DNA from: Candidatus Woesearchaeota archaeon
GTDB taxonomy: Archaea > Nanobdellota > Nanobdellia > Woesearchaeales > GW2011-AR9
Assembly: GCA_016185725.1 (NCBI GenBank)
Contig: JACPNA010000042.1
Span: 1,681-65,680 of the forward strand
Direction of reading: 5' to 3'
DNA length: 64,000 bases
A model generated the notes under the pieces. The model searched no databases and was not told the DNA's origin. It worked only from the letters and a program-made list of their open reading frames with translations. Positions within the stretch are counted from its first letter, which is position 1. Every line of letters begins with the position of its first letter. Made by a program: the position numbers and the translations under genes. Below are positions 48,424 to 58,275 of this stretch, in pieces.

Positions 48424-49209
48424 TTATTCCTCTTTCTTTTCCTCTTTTTTTTCTTCTTTTTCTGCAATAACTTCTTCAGTATTTTCCTTTGCCTTTTTCT
48501 TAGATGCTGTTTTTTTCTTTTCTGTTTTTTCTCCTGAAACTTTCTTTTTGCTTCCTTTCTCTTCCTCTTTCTTGACAATTTCACCTATAGTTGTAGGTTT
48601 CTGTTCCTCAGCTTCTTTTAATATCGTAACCTGGTCAGGTAATATTAAATCAGGCGGCATGATTGCTACTTGGATACCGATAATTCCCGTCTTTAACAAC
48701 GCTGCCGTTTTTGCTTTTCTTACTCCTTCTAACGCGGCATCCCCACATTTTTTAAGATAGCCCTGATAAAATCTCCAGCTCTTTGCTCTCGCTCCCGGAA
48801 TTTTACCTGAAATAATAACTTCCACCCCTAATGCTCCAGAGTTCATTACATTCTCCATAATTTTATGACCAACACCTTTGAACCTTGCTGAACCAAACCT
48901 CTCTAAAGAACCTGCTATTCTTTCTGCAACAATATTGGCATCTAAAAAAACGTTTTTTACTTCATTGATTTCAATCTGCGGATTTTCTAATTTGAAATTT
49001 TGTTTCAGTTCTTTAGTCAAATCCCTTATATTTGATCCCTTTGAACCAACAATTAAACTCGGTTTGCTAGTATAAATGATAATTTTTTCGCCTAAAGGAA
49101 TTTTCTTTAATTTGATTTGTGATATGCCCACTCCTTTTAACTTACCTTCTATGTACTTCTTAATATAAAACTCCTTGGTTTTCTGTGTAATGAACTCGCG
49201 CTCAATCAT
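48424..49209 (-). CDS. rps3: Ribosomal protein uS3 (KH domain) with K/E-rich C-terminal tail
   Basis: It has KH and S3-C domains and a low-complexity tail. Confidence 0.85.
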   Translation of the reverse strand: MIEREFITQKTKEFYIKKYIEGKLKGVGISQIKLKKIPLGEKIIIYTSKPSLIVGSKGSNIRDLTKELKQNFKLENPQIEINEVKNVFLDANIVAERIAGSLERFGSARFKGVGHKIMENVMNSGALGVEVIISGKIPGARAKSWRFYQGYLKKCGDAALEGVRKAKTAALLKTGIIGIQVAIMPPDLILPDQVTILKEAEEQKPTTIGEIVKKEEEKGSKKKVSGEKTEKKKTASKKKAKENTEEVIAEKEEKKEEKKEE

Positions 49210-49733
49210 TATTCAGACCTCTCTGTACCTTTTTGCTTCATTATTTTTTCCTTCTTATCTCCTTTAACGGCTTTTTCTTCTTTCTTATTATCATTTTTCT
49301 TTTGCTTTCTTTCTATAACTTCAATTTCAATATGGGTTCTTTTAGTGGCATGTCTTCCCCTTCCCCCCGAAAAAGGAATGGATGCTTTATTTGCAATTAA
49401 CTTGCTGATTTTTAATGAACTTGTATTCAAACCTTTAAATTGTGCGTTGGCTTCCACTGATTTTAATAATTGCAAAAAGTGACTTGCTGCTTTTTGTGGA
49501 AATCTTCCGCCAGCCATACCTGGCTTATGTCCTAAATCCATTGTTGCTCTTCTATACGGTACGGGTTTTCTCATTGCAACAACCTCTTCTAAAAAAGCCT
49601 TCGCCCAAGCCAAATCTTCATATCGTAAATGATAACTTATTTCTACACTTTGTTTAGTAGAGATAGGAGCGCTTAACAATCGAGCGGTAGCACTATGTTC
49701 CTTTGCTGACCCTTTATTTTTATTTTCTGCCAT
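49209..49733 (-). CDS. rpl22: Ribosomal protein uL22
   Basis: The sequence is L22-like and it sits at the expected operon position. Confidence 0.8.
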   Translation of the reverse strand: MAENKNKGSAKEHSATARLLSAPISTKQSVEISYHLRYEDLAWAKAFLEEVVAMRKPVPYRRATMDLGHKPGMAGGRFPQKAASHFLQLLKSVEANAQFKGLNTSSLKISKLIANKASIPFSGGRGRHATKRTHIEIEVIERKQKKNDNKKEEKAVKGDKKEKIMKQKGTERSE

Positions 49734-49797
49734 TGTTTTTTTCTCCCTATTTATTCATTATTAAATGTTAATCTTTATTTATTATAAATGTTAAATC

Positions 49798-50178
49798 TTA
49801 TCTTGCTGATACCGCCTTGCTTGACCTTGTAGCGCCAATACCTGCTGAACTATGTGTAACAGATTTTCTAGTGTGTGAAAACTCACCTAAAAAATGTCCA
49901 ATCATATCCGGCATTATAAGTACCATCACATATTCTTTGCCATTATAGACTTTTATAGTTTTACCGATCATTGCTGGCATAATAATCATATCCCTGCAAT
50001 GCGTTTTAATATCTGGATCATTAGCCTCCACCTTCTTTAATAATCTTTTATGTTGTTCGCTTAACCCCCTCTTTAATGATCTTCTTTGTCTGGAAGGAAC
50101 TAAAGTCATAAATGTCTTTATATCTAATCTTTTTATCTGTTCTTCTGTTCTTCCTTGCCAAATGAATTCTTTTGCCAT
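49798..50178 (-). CDS. rps19: Ribosomal protein uS19
   Basis: It has an S19 motif (GHFLGEFSHTRK...). Confidence 0.85.
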   Translation of the reverse strand: MAKEFIWQGRTEEQIKRLDIKTFMTLVPSRQRRSLKRGLSEQHKRLLKKVEANDPDIKTHCRDMIIMPAMIGKTIKVYNGKEYVMVLIMPDMIGHFLGEFSHTRKSVTHSSAGIGATRSSKAVSAR

Positions 50179-50308
50179 TTTTTTAACCTTGCATATTTTT
50201 TATTTATAGGAAATTTCTAGACGAAATTTCTTATTCGAGAAAGACGTAGTCTTTCTGAACAGGAAAACTTTGTTTTCCTTGTTCCCAAAAAATCATCGGG
50301 ATTTTTCA

Positions 50309-51013
50309 TTATCTTTTCCTACCTGTTCTTCGTGGTGCAATCTTACCCACTTTCCTTCCCGGAGGCGCACTTCTTGGAGACTGTGTAGGCCTGCCTTTGA
50401 TATGTGAACATTTTCCACCAAAGGGATGATCAACTGCGTTCATGGAAATACCACACACTCTAGGATATAACCTGCCTTGTGCTTTGAACTTATGAAACCG
50501 TATCCCTGCTTTTAAGAACGGCTTTTCCGTTCTTCCTGAACCCGCTACAATTCCTAACGCTGCCTTGCATAACGGTGAAAATAATCGTTCTTTTCTTGAT
50601 GGTAACTTGATTTTGATGCCCTTGTCTTCTTTCGCTACTATTTTAGCAAACGTGCCTGACGCTCTTACTAATTTGCCGCCATCTCCTGGCTGTAATTCCA
50701 AATTATGAATAAATGAACCTTCCGGAATATCTCTTAAACATAAAACATCACCATTATGCATTTCCGCACTGCTTCCTACACTAACCATATCCCCCACTTT
50801 AATTCCCTCTGGAGCGATTGCTAAATTCTGTTCTCCGGTTAAATAATGAACTCTCATTAATGGTGCCGTATGTCCTGCGCAATGCACTAAATCAACTACT
50901 GTTCCCGTTGATTCTGTAGGGTAATGTTTAACTTCACCCTCATAGTTATGACTAGAAGCGCGATACACCGGGGTTCCTCGTCCTCTGCGTTGTGTTATTA
51001 ATCTTTTACCCAT
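50309..51013 (-). CDS. rpl2: Ribosomal protein uL2
   Basis: It has L2 signatures (DHPFGGKCSH...). Confidence 0.9.
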   Translation of the reverse strand: MGKRLITQRRGRGTPVYRASSHNYEGEVKHYPTESTGTVVDLVHCAGHTAPLMRVHYLTGEQNLAIAPEGIKVGDMVSVGSSAEMHNGDVLCLRDIPEGSFIHNLELQPGDGGKLVRASGTFAKIVAKEDKGIKIKLPSRKERLFSPLCKAALGIVAGSGRTEKPFLKAGIRFHKFKAQGRLYPRVCGISMNAVDHPFGGKCSHIKGRPTQSPRSAPPGRKVGKIAPRRTGRKR

Positions 51014-51027
51014 AGTTTACACCATTG

Positions 51028-51357
51028 TTATATTAATCCCAAATCCGCACTGACATCTGATGCCAAAAATTGCGGTGTCAATTTTACTGTTGCTCTTTTT
51101 TCTCCTCTGATAGAGTTTTGCATATTAACTTTAGCTACTTTAACTTTAAACATCGTTTCTACCGCTTTCTTAACCTCTTGCTTGCTTGCAGAACTGCTTA
51201 CTACAAAAGATAACTTATTATCAAACTCTATTTGTCTGATACTTTTTTCCGTTGATAATGGATATAATAATACTTTATGATAATCTGCCTCTCTTGCTGC
51301 TTTAATCCCTAACTGTTTTTCTTCCCTTCCTTTCTTTACTGTTTCTTTTTTTGCCAT
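51028..51357 (-). CDS. rpl23: Ribosomal protein uL23
   Basis: The sequence is L23-like and it sits at the expected operon position. Confidence 0.8.
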   Translation of the reverse strand: MAKKETVKKGREEKQLGIKAAREADYHKVLLYPLSTEKSIRQIEFDNKLSFVVSSSASKQEVKKAVETMFKVKVAKVNMQNSIRGEKRATVKLTPQFLASDVSADLGLI

Positions 51358-51380
51358 TTTTGATTTAGTTTTTTGATTGA

Positions 51381-52187
51381 TTAATTATACAAATTATCTT
51401 TTTTTAGTGCATCGATTGCTTTTTCTGTCCATAACGTTACTCTTCCCGGCATTGCACCCGGAGCAAGTAATTCCGCATTCAAACCTTTTACTATAGTAAC
51501 ATCAATACCTTCGATATTTTCTGCTGCCTTTATTACTGGACAATTTTCTGCAACAACTATGAGGATCCCCTTTTTACGTTGGTATCTTCTTCCTCTACGT
51601 TTGCCTATTCCCGCCCTAATCTTCTTAACTGCACATCGTGCCAATTCATCTTTAAATCCTAATGCTTGCAGTATTTCTTCCACCTCTTTAGTCTTGGATA
51701 GACTTTCAAAAGATGAATCCATTACAAACGGATATTCCACCGGAACTTTATGACCTCTTTTACAAACAATAACTTTATTTACTGTCGCGGCCAATGCCGA
51801 CCTTATAGCTTTTTGATTTTCTTTCTTATTGATTTTCTGTTCTAAAACTTTTTCTGCCTTCGGTGGATGAGATCTTCTGCCTCCCACTGTTTGTGGACTA
51901 TATGCTCCTACCCAGAACATTCTTGTTCCTCTTCGTGATAAGATTTTACGATTGACCCTGCTGATGCCAAACCCATAACACCCACGGTAATCCCTACGCC
52001 GTTTACTGACTGAAGAAGCTGAGCGCTTACCTGCTTCTTCATAAGCACCATATCGCTGTCTTGAAGCACTTTGTAACGCATGAACTGCTCTCTTGATTAA
52101 ATCTGGACGATACTCTTCGCTAAATTGCGAGGGTAGCTCTTTATCTCCCGATTTTTTCTTTTGCAAATCAATTATTGGTAATTTCAT
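51381..52187 (-). CDS. rpl4: Ribosomal protein uL4 (L1e)
   Basis: The sequence is archaeal L4-like. Confidence 0.85.
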   Translation of the reverse strand: MKLPIIDLQKKKSGDKELPSQFSEEYRPDLIKRAVHALQSASRQRYGAYEEAGKRSASSVSKRRRDYRGCYGFGISRVNRKILSRRGTRMFWVGAYSPQTVGGRRSHPPKAEKVLEQKINKKENQKAIRSALAATVNKVIVCKRGHKVPVEYPFVMDSSFESLSKTKEVEEILQALGFKDELARCAVKKIRAGIGKRRGRRYQRKKGILIVVAENCPVIKAAENIEGIDVTIVKGLNAELLAPGAMPGRVTLWTEKAIDALKKDNLYN

Positions 52188-52196
52188 TTTTTAGCC

Positions 52197-53159
52197 TTAT
52201 TTTGAGATATAATTTATATCAGGCACTTCTTTACTTATTTTTTTTACACGTTCTGCTGCCGTCAACAAAACTTCTCTTTTAACTGGTCCGACTACTGAAC
52301 CATGCACTAGCACATAACTATTTTTTACTATGCCATAATTGTCTAATCCGCCCACTCGATTGACTTCTGCGCCATCATGCCCTATTTTTACAATTTTTTT
52401 ATTATATTCTGTTCTTTGATGATAACCCATTTTCCCTGATTGAGCAACACTAAACTCCACTCTTTTTGGCGTCCATGAACCCAGCGTAGCAATCCCTCTC
52501 TTAGTTTTCTCTGCTTTGTGCGATCGTATTTGAACGCCATATCTCTTCACCGTGCCTTGAAAACCCTTGCCTTTAGTAACACCACGAATATCAATTAAAT
52601 TACCCGGCTCAAAAACATCTGTAATAGCAATTTGTTTGCCTAATATACTCTTAGCAAAAGTAAGCTTATCATCCTTCTTACCACCTAACGCAATTTCCAA
52701 TAACTTTGGCTTCTTTGTTCCTATAGGAGCAACATTTTCTGGAAGAGTTTGTACTACTAATCTTAAATCATCAAAATCTTTAATCTCATCAATACTTTTA
52801 CCTTGCTTTTTTGGCAACGGCATTGTTCTCCCTAAGTTCTTCTCTAATTTACTTGCCCAAATAGAAGCGGATTTTATTAAACCATATAATGAATTTTTAT
52901 AAAAAGAAACACCTGAAATTAATAATGGAGGACATTCCAAAATAGTCACAGGAATAGAGATAATCTCACCTTTGGTATTGGACTTTGCTCGTGTATCCAT
53001 AAACTGCACATGTGTCATTCCTGCCTTGACTGCAATAAATCCTAACAATTTTACTTTGCTTTCCGTAGCCCAATTCCTAACCCTGACTAATGTATGTCGA
53101 GACCTTTTTCTAGGCCAATACTGCATACTTCCTCTACGTGGATGTCGTATATTTCCCAT
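52197..53159 (-). CDS. rpl3: Ribosomal protein uL3
   Basis: The sequence is L3-like and it is the first gene of the operon. Confidence 0.9.
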   Translation of the reverse strand: MGNIRHPRRGSMQYWPRKRSRHTLVRVRNWATESKVKLLGFIAVKAGMTHVQFMDTRAKSNTKGEIISIPVTILECPPLLISGVSFYKNSLYGLIKSASIWASKLEKNLGRTMPLPKKQGKSIDEIKDFDDLRLVVQTLPENVAPIGTKKPKLLEIALGGKKDDKLTFAKSILGKQIAITDVFEPGNLIDIRGVTKGKGFQGTVKRYGVQIRSHKAEKTKRGIATLGSWTPKRVEFSVAQSGKMGYHQRTEYNKKIVKIGHDGAEVNRVGGLDNYGIVKNSYVLVHGSVVGPVKREVLLTAAERVKKISKEVPDINYISK

Positions 53160-53520
53160 TGTATTATATCATCTAAAGATTACTTAACTTACCTAAGCAA
53201 TACCCAAGTAACACTGCAACCTTTTATTTTAATTGCCTATTCATAGTTTTCATCAAGAATTAGCTATGCTAAAGATGATGTCAACCTTTTCAGGCATAAT
53301 TCCAAAAATCATTGATTCTTAAGAACCAGTGTGATTTCGGATTAAATGTACATAACCAAAATTAACTTTTTGATTAAATAAGCTTAAATTAAGCTTGTTT
53401 CTCCATGGGAACCACCCTTATTTATAAAGATATCGGTAGAGAAAAATAAAATCATACCTCATTGTATTGAATATTAACTCCTTCCTAACATAAACTTCTA
53501 ATTCCACCATGAATTAAAAT

Positions 53521-53757
53521 TCATCTCTCCCTCACCATCCTCACCGTCGACTCTAGACTACTGTCCTCCTTAAATGGATTACTGCTGTCATTAACAAAAA
53601 AATTCACCTTCACCCAATTCTTCTTATGACAATCATCACATTTAACCACTTTATAATCTAATTCTACCCATGGCGAACGCACAATTTCATCTGCTAAATC
53701 ATTAGGACAATACTTACATTTATGTTCCCGCAACTTGCGCATGAGAGTATCATTCAT
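53521..53757 (-). CDS. Small zinc-ribbon protein (CxxC...CxxC), hypothetical
   Basis: The 78-aa protein contains CKYC and CDDC pairs. Confidence 0.4.
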   Translation of the reverse strand: MNDTLMRKLREHKCKYCPNDLADEIVRSPWVELDYKVVKCDDCHKKNWVKVNFFVNDSSNPFKEDSSLESTVRMVRER

Positions 53758-53796
53758 AAGAGAAACGCACCTTTCTGAATATTAATATAAGGAAAA

Positions 53797-53804
53797 TTTA
53801 AATA
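53797..53804 (+). promoter_or_regulatory. TATA-box-like TTTAAATA upstream of nop5-flpA
   Basis: AAAATTTAAATATATT lies about 30-35 nt upstream of the nop5 ATG, which suggests a leaderless or near-leaderless transcript. Confidence 0.35.
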
Positions 53805-53834
53805 TATTCCGCTTTTCGCATAATTTGAAGTTAA

Positions 53835-54809
53835 ATGAACTACCTTTTCACTAACATTATTGGGACTTTTATTTTAGATGACCACTTCAAGATAATTGAC
53901 CAAATTACCTTCAAAACAGTTCAAGACTATTTAACTAAAGAAACATCAGAACAAAAATTAACTAAAAAGCACCCCCTAACTAAACCCCTCCCTCCAGAAA
54001 AACTCGCCTTAGCTTTAAACAACTTCCGAAACAAAAAATATCATCTTGAATTTTATCAAAAAAATCTCTCCTTAACCAAAAAAGCCATCAGAAATTCCGT
54101 TACAGAAGATCAATTAATAATTCAAGCCATTGCTAACATCAATGAATTAGACAAAACCATCAACCTCTTAGGCAAACGCCTTAGAGAATGGTATAGCCTG
54201 CATTTCCCTGAACTTTCCGAAAAAATTGATAATCATGAAAAATATGCTCAATTCCTCTTAGAAAAAACGAGAACAGAATTAATCAAAGAACTGAACATTG
54301 ATTCAGAAATTATGGGTGCCGATTTAGACAAAACTCATCTTGACGAAATTAAACAACTCGCTAACCAAATATTACAACTACGTGATTTGCGCTATAAACA
54401 TGAATCTTATCTTCACGAAGTCATGCAAAAATACTGCCCAAATATTTTAGAAATGTCCGGTACAACCATTGGCGCAAAACTAATCGAACTTGCCCGTGGA
54501 TTAAAACAGCTCGCTATTCTGCCTGCCTCTACCGTTCAACTTCTCGGCGCAGAAAAAGCCTTATTTCGTCATATAAAAACTGGCTCACGCTCTCCGAAAT
54601 ATGGCGTGATTATTAATCATCCCTTCATCCAAAACGCTCCTCGCGATTGTAAAGGAAAAGCCTCGCGTATTTTAGCCGACAAAATTACCTTATGCGCCCG
54701 TTTAGATTATTTCCACGGCGAATTTAAGGCCTTGGAATATAAACAAGATTTAGAAGAAAAATTATCCCAAACAAAAAAAAAACAACCAAAAAATGTCCAG
54801 AAAAATTAA
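53835..54809 (+). CDS. nop5: C/D box sRNP protein Nop5 (Nop56/58 homologue), short form apparently lacking the coiled-coil domain
   Basis: It has a Nop domain (GAKLIELARGLKQLAILPASTVQLLGAEKALFRHIKTGSRSPKYGVIINHP) and a KKxx-rich tail. It has only 324 aa. Confidence 0.85.
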   Translation: MNYLFTNIIGTFILDDHFKIIDQITFKTVQDYLTKETSEQKLTKKHPLTKPLPPEKLALALNNFRNKKYHLEFYQKNLSLTKKAIRNSVTEDQLIIQAIANINELDKTINLLGKRLREWYSLHFPELSEKIDNHEKYAQFLLEKTRTELIKELNIDSEIMGADLDKTHLDEIKQLANQILQLRDLRYKHESYLHEVMQKYCPNILEMSGTTIGAKLIELARGLKQLAILPASTVQLLGAEKALFRHIKTGSRSPKYGVIINHPFIQNAPRDCKGKASRILADKITLCARLDYFHGEFKALEYKQDLEEKLSQTKKKQPKNVQKN

Positions 54810-55467
54810 ACCGCATAAACTATTTGAAATGTATGAAGAAGCGCATGGCAGAAGAATCTTCACTAAAAGTATTGTTCCTAACTATACTCCCTTTGATGAA
54901 CGTATCGTTCGTGAAGATGGAGAAGAATATCGCGAATTCGATCCCACGAGAAGTAAACTTGCCGCTGCCATCATGAAAGGCAGTTTAAACATTGGCATGA
55001 GAAAAGATGATGTTATCCTTTACTTAGGTGTTTCTCACGGCTATACTTCTTCCTTTGTCTCTGATATTATCGGAAAAGACGGTCTTATTTTTGGCATTGA
55101 CCCTGCTCCTCGCGTAATTCGCGACTTGGTCTTCCTTTCTCAACATCGCCAAAATATTGTTCCTATTCTTGCTGATGCCAATCATCCGGAAACATACGCC
55201 GACAAAATCTGCACACCGAATATCATCTATCAAGACATCGCCCAAAAAAATCAAGCTGAAATCTTCCTTACTAACTGCAAATTGTTCCTCCAAAAAGGCA
55301 GTTACGGTCTACTTGCCGTAAAAGCCCGCAGTATTGACATCAAACGTTCATCCAAACAAATTTTTGAAGAAGTAAGAAAAAAAGTAGAAAAAGAATTGAC
55401 TGTCATCGATTATCGCATTCTTGACCCCTTAGAAAAAGATCATTGCATGATTATTGTTAAGAAATGA
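54793..55467 (+). CDS. flpA: Fibrillarin (rRNA/tRNA 2'-O-methyltransferase FlpA)
   Basis: It contains VLYLGVSHGYTSSFVSDIIGKDGLIFGIDPAPRVIRDLV (SAM motif I) and overlaps nop5 by 17 nt. Confidence 0.9.
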   Translation: MSRKIKPHKLFEMYEEAHGRRIFTKSIVPNYTPFDERIVREDGEEYREFDPTRSKLAAAIMKGSLNIGMRKDDVILYLGVSHGYTSSFVSDIIGKDGLIFGIDPAPRVIRDLVFLSQHRQNIVPILADANHPETYADKICTPNIIYQDIAQKNQAEIFLTNCKLFLQKGSYGLLAVKARSIDIKRSSKQIFEEVRKKVEKELTVIDYRILDPLEKDHCMIIVKK

Positions 55468-55585
55468 ATTTTAGTATCCTACTTTCTCTAAATATTTTTG
55501 TAAATCCTTATGTTCCTTATCACAATCAAATCTAAAAAAATAATTCTCACTAAATTTTATAAACATTAACATCTTTGCTCACTAA

Positions 55586-55873
55586 ATGTCCCTTTCCCGT
55601 CACGCCGCCTATCTTTATCTTTATTCTCGTAAATTACAGCATCTCACCGAAAAAATCCAAAAATTAACTAAAGAGGCCCAATCCCACATCCAAAAACATA
55701 ATTCCACTAATGACCAGACCGCCAAAGAAAGATATCGCTATAAACACGCTAAATTAATGCAGGAAATCCAAAAATTAATGAAAAAACATAACGAACTGCT
55801 CAGCTGGATACATCACCATCAAGCTTCTTTCGCTTACGCCTTACAGAGAGAACATAAACTTAACTTTAAGTAA
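55586..55873 (+). CDS. Hypothetical coiled-coil protein (95 aa)
   Basis: It is an ORF with a K/Q/H-rich helical character and no recognisable domain. Confidence 0.3.
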   Translation: MSLSRHAAYLYLYSRKLQHLTEKIQKLTKEAQSHIQKHNSTNDQTAKERYRYKHAKLMQEIQKLMKKHNELLSWIHHHQASFAYALQREHKLNFK

Positions 55874-55884
55874 ATTAACTCTGA

Positions 55885-56145
55885 TTATTTCTTAACCACT
55901 TTAATAATATTCACCGGACAGACATCAGCCGCTTCTTGATTGGTTGCTCTTGCCTCTTCCGAATCAATATCTAACTCCCACTGTTCACCAACTTTCTTAG
56001 AACCTTTCAAATTAGCCATACCCTCCTCATCCATTTCCCAAAAATCAGGGCTAATCGCTGCGCATGCCCCGCAACTAATACACTGATCCTTCAAATGCAC
56101 AATTAAATGTTTTGCCATTTTAAAAATACCCCTCTTACTAATCAA
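55885..56145 (-). CDS. 4Fe-4S ferredoxin (single cluster)
   Basis: It contains CISCGAC...C and ...CP. The true start is likely the internal MAKHLIVH. Confidence 0.65.
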   Translation of the reverse strand: MISKRGIFKMAKHLIVHLKDQCISCGACAAISPDFWEMDEEGMANLKGSKKVGEQWELDIDSEEARATNQEAADVCPVNIIKVVKK

Positions 56146-56231
56146 AAAAACCCCTTATTTATATTATTTTCCCATCACTTTACCCTTACTCCGCAGAAAG
56201 CTTTATATAAATTGTTTATTTTATTCTTCCT

Positions 56232-57194
56232 ATGCAAAAGAGTGTGAGAAAAACCCTATTTTTATCTCTCCTGATTTTCTCTCTCCTATTCTTAATCTCC
56301 TGCAGTAAAGTTGCCGGTGGTGAAACTCCTCCTGACACTGCCGCTCGCCTTAAAGCCGTTCAGACTGGTACCCAAGGCATTGTTCTAAGAATCATGCCTA
56401 ATGCTCCTCCCCCTATAATTTACGATCGCAATGAACTAGTCGCTATTGTTGATGTTGATAATAAAGGTAACTTCCCCTTAGAACCAACGGAATGTTTCAT
56501 CCAAGTAACCGGCTTTGACCCTACTATCATTAAGGGTAGTATGAATTCTCCTCATTCCTGTGCCGAAAACTATCCCGGAATATTTGAAGGAAAAACAATC
56601 TATAACCTCAATGGTGGCACTAACCAAATTGAATTCCGTTCTCCTAATGTTATTCTCCCTCCTGGAGTTCAGGAATACAGCCCTATTTTAAATTTCTTAT
56701 CCTGTTATCATTATCATACTATCGCTAATCCTCAAATATGTGTAGACCCTTTATTTTATCAAGTAACTTCCCAGCAAAAAACGTGTATTCCCAAATCTGT
56801 AGGTATGACTGGTGGACAAGGAGCACCTGTTGCCATAAGCAATGTTGGCGTAGAGATGACCGGTGGTCGCGCTGTATTTACTATTACCATCAACAACATT
56901 GGTGGTGGTCGTGTGCTCTCCCCCTATGCCAACTATCAAGAATGCGGACAAGCTTCTATTGCTCGAACTGACGAAGATAAGGTCGTCTTTGACGTAAAAT
57001 TAGCTGGAGCCAGCCTTGTTGACTGTAAACCTCGAGATAAAATTGTCCGTCTAAATAATGGTATTGGTCAAATATTTTGCACATTTAATATCCCTGGTTC
57101 TACCGCATATGAAACCCCTTTGTCTATTGACTTAGATTATAGCTACATGCAATCCTTTACCCGCCCCATAAAAATAGTAAAAACACCCGAATAA
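56232..57194 (+). CDS. Secreted lipoprotein, hypothetical (paralog A)
   Basis: It has a signal peptide with lipobox-like LISCSK and a beta-rich mature domain ending ...GAPVAISNVGVE...VFTITINN. Confidence 0.55.
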   Translation: MQKSVRKTLFLSLLIFSLLFLISCSKVAGGETPPDTAARLKAVQTGTQGIVLRIMPNAPPPIIYDRNELVAIVDVDNKGNFPLEPTECFIQVTGFDPTIIKGSMNSPHSCAENYPGIFEGKTIYNLNGGTNQIEFRSPNVILPPGVQEYSPILNFLSCYHYHTIANPQICVDPLFYQVTSQQKTCIPKSVGMTGGQGAPVAISNVGVEMTGGRAVFTITINNIGGGRVLSPYANYQECGQASIARTDEDKVVFDVKLAGASLVDCKPRDKIVRLNNGIGQIFCTFNIPGSTAYETPLSIDLDYSYMQSFTRPIKIVKTPE

Positions 57195-57314
57195 AACCGA
57201 TTTGACTTCCAAGAACTAAAAAAGTTTAAATACCCCTCTTCTTTAATCCTTCAATAAAGTATAATAGGTATAATAATTACAACATTTAAATTATAAATTA
57301 AAGAGGCTGATAAT

Positions 57315-58226
57315 ATGAAATACAAAAGTATAATTCTATTTATTGTAATGCTTGCTAGTATGTTGCTGCTTACTGCTTGTAATACGCAACAACAAACCAA
57401 CCAACCCAAAGGAATTTATATAGGTGGTACTCTCGGTATAGTCGCTAAATTTCAGCCATTTGGCGTCACTGAAGATAACATTTACAGCATCTACGACTCT
57501 GAAACATTTCCTATAGAAACAACCTTTACTAACAAAGGGGAGTATGAAATTAAACCCGGCGATGTAACTATTAAATTACTTGGTCCCTCTGAAAAAGAAT
57601 TCTCCGGTATAGCTAATTGGGAATTAAAAAATAAAGATACCGTAGAAAAAATAAGTGAACTAACACCTAACGGCGGAGAAGAAACCCTTAGTTTTGCTTC
57701 TGATGCCAAATATCTCAGCCCTGTTACCGGAGCAATTCAACGCGCTTGGTTTGCTAATATAGAATACAAATATCAAACCTACGCTATCGTTCCTGAAGTA
57801 TGTTTAAAAGAGGACCTCACTGATAAACGCGTTTGTGAAGTTAAAGATCCAAAAAAAGCAGTATCTGTTTCTGGCGCCCCCATAACTATAACTAACGTAG
57901 AAGAAGACACCTCGGGAAAAGGAATTATGGCCTTAAAATTCAAAATTAAAAACGTCGCTACCGGCAAAGTAGCCCTCCCCGCAGAAGATTTTTCTCCTAA
58001 TCTAGACAAACTCTCTTTCTCATTGGACGATTCTGCTTGGGAATGTAAATCCACCGGAAAAATCAATGAAGCACGTCTTATAAACGGAGAAGCAGAAATC
58101 GTCTGTAAACTAAAAGAAGCCCTGGCTAAAGGCGCACTTTCCACAACGCAAGTTAAACTAACGCTTGACTATAAATATAGAGATATAATCTCCGAGAAAA
58201 TTCAAATCAAGCAAAGCGTAAAATAA
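57315..58226 (+). CDS. Secreted lipoprotein, hypothetical (paralog B)
   Basis: It has a signal peptide with LLTACN lipobox and shares C-terminal architecture with paralog A (GAPITITNVEE...ALKFKIKN). Confidence 0.55.
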   Translation: MKYKSIILFIVMLASMLLLTACNTQQQTNQPKGIYIGGTLGIVAKFQPFGVTEDNIYSIYDSETFPIETTFTNKGEYEIKPGDVTIKLLGPSEKEFSGIANWELKNKDTVEKISELTPNGGEETLSFASDAKYLSPVTGAIQRAWFANIEYKYQTYAIVPEVCLKEDLTDKRVCEVKDPKKAVSVSGAPITITNVEEDTSGKGIMALKFKIKNVATGKVALPAEDFSPNLDKLSFSLDDSAWECKSTGKINEARLINGEAEIVCKLKEALAKGALSTTQVKLTLDYKYRDIISEKIQIKQSVK

Positions 58227-58275
58227 ATTTTTTTATTTATATTCATTTTTCATAAACAATATTATTTTAATTAAC

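Noticed and set aside
48349-48760. Phe/Ser-rich plus-strand ORFs (62 and 120 aa)
   Set aside because: They are antisense to the Lys/Glu-rich tail of uS3 and to uL29. Poly-AAG/GAA codons read in reverse give TTC/CTT-rich artefact ORFs.
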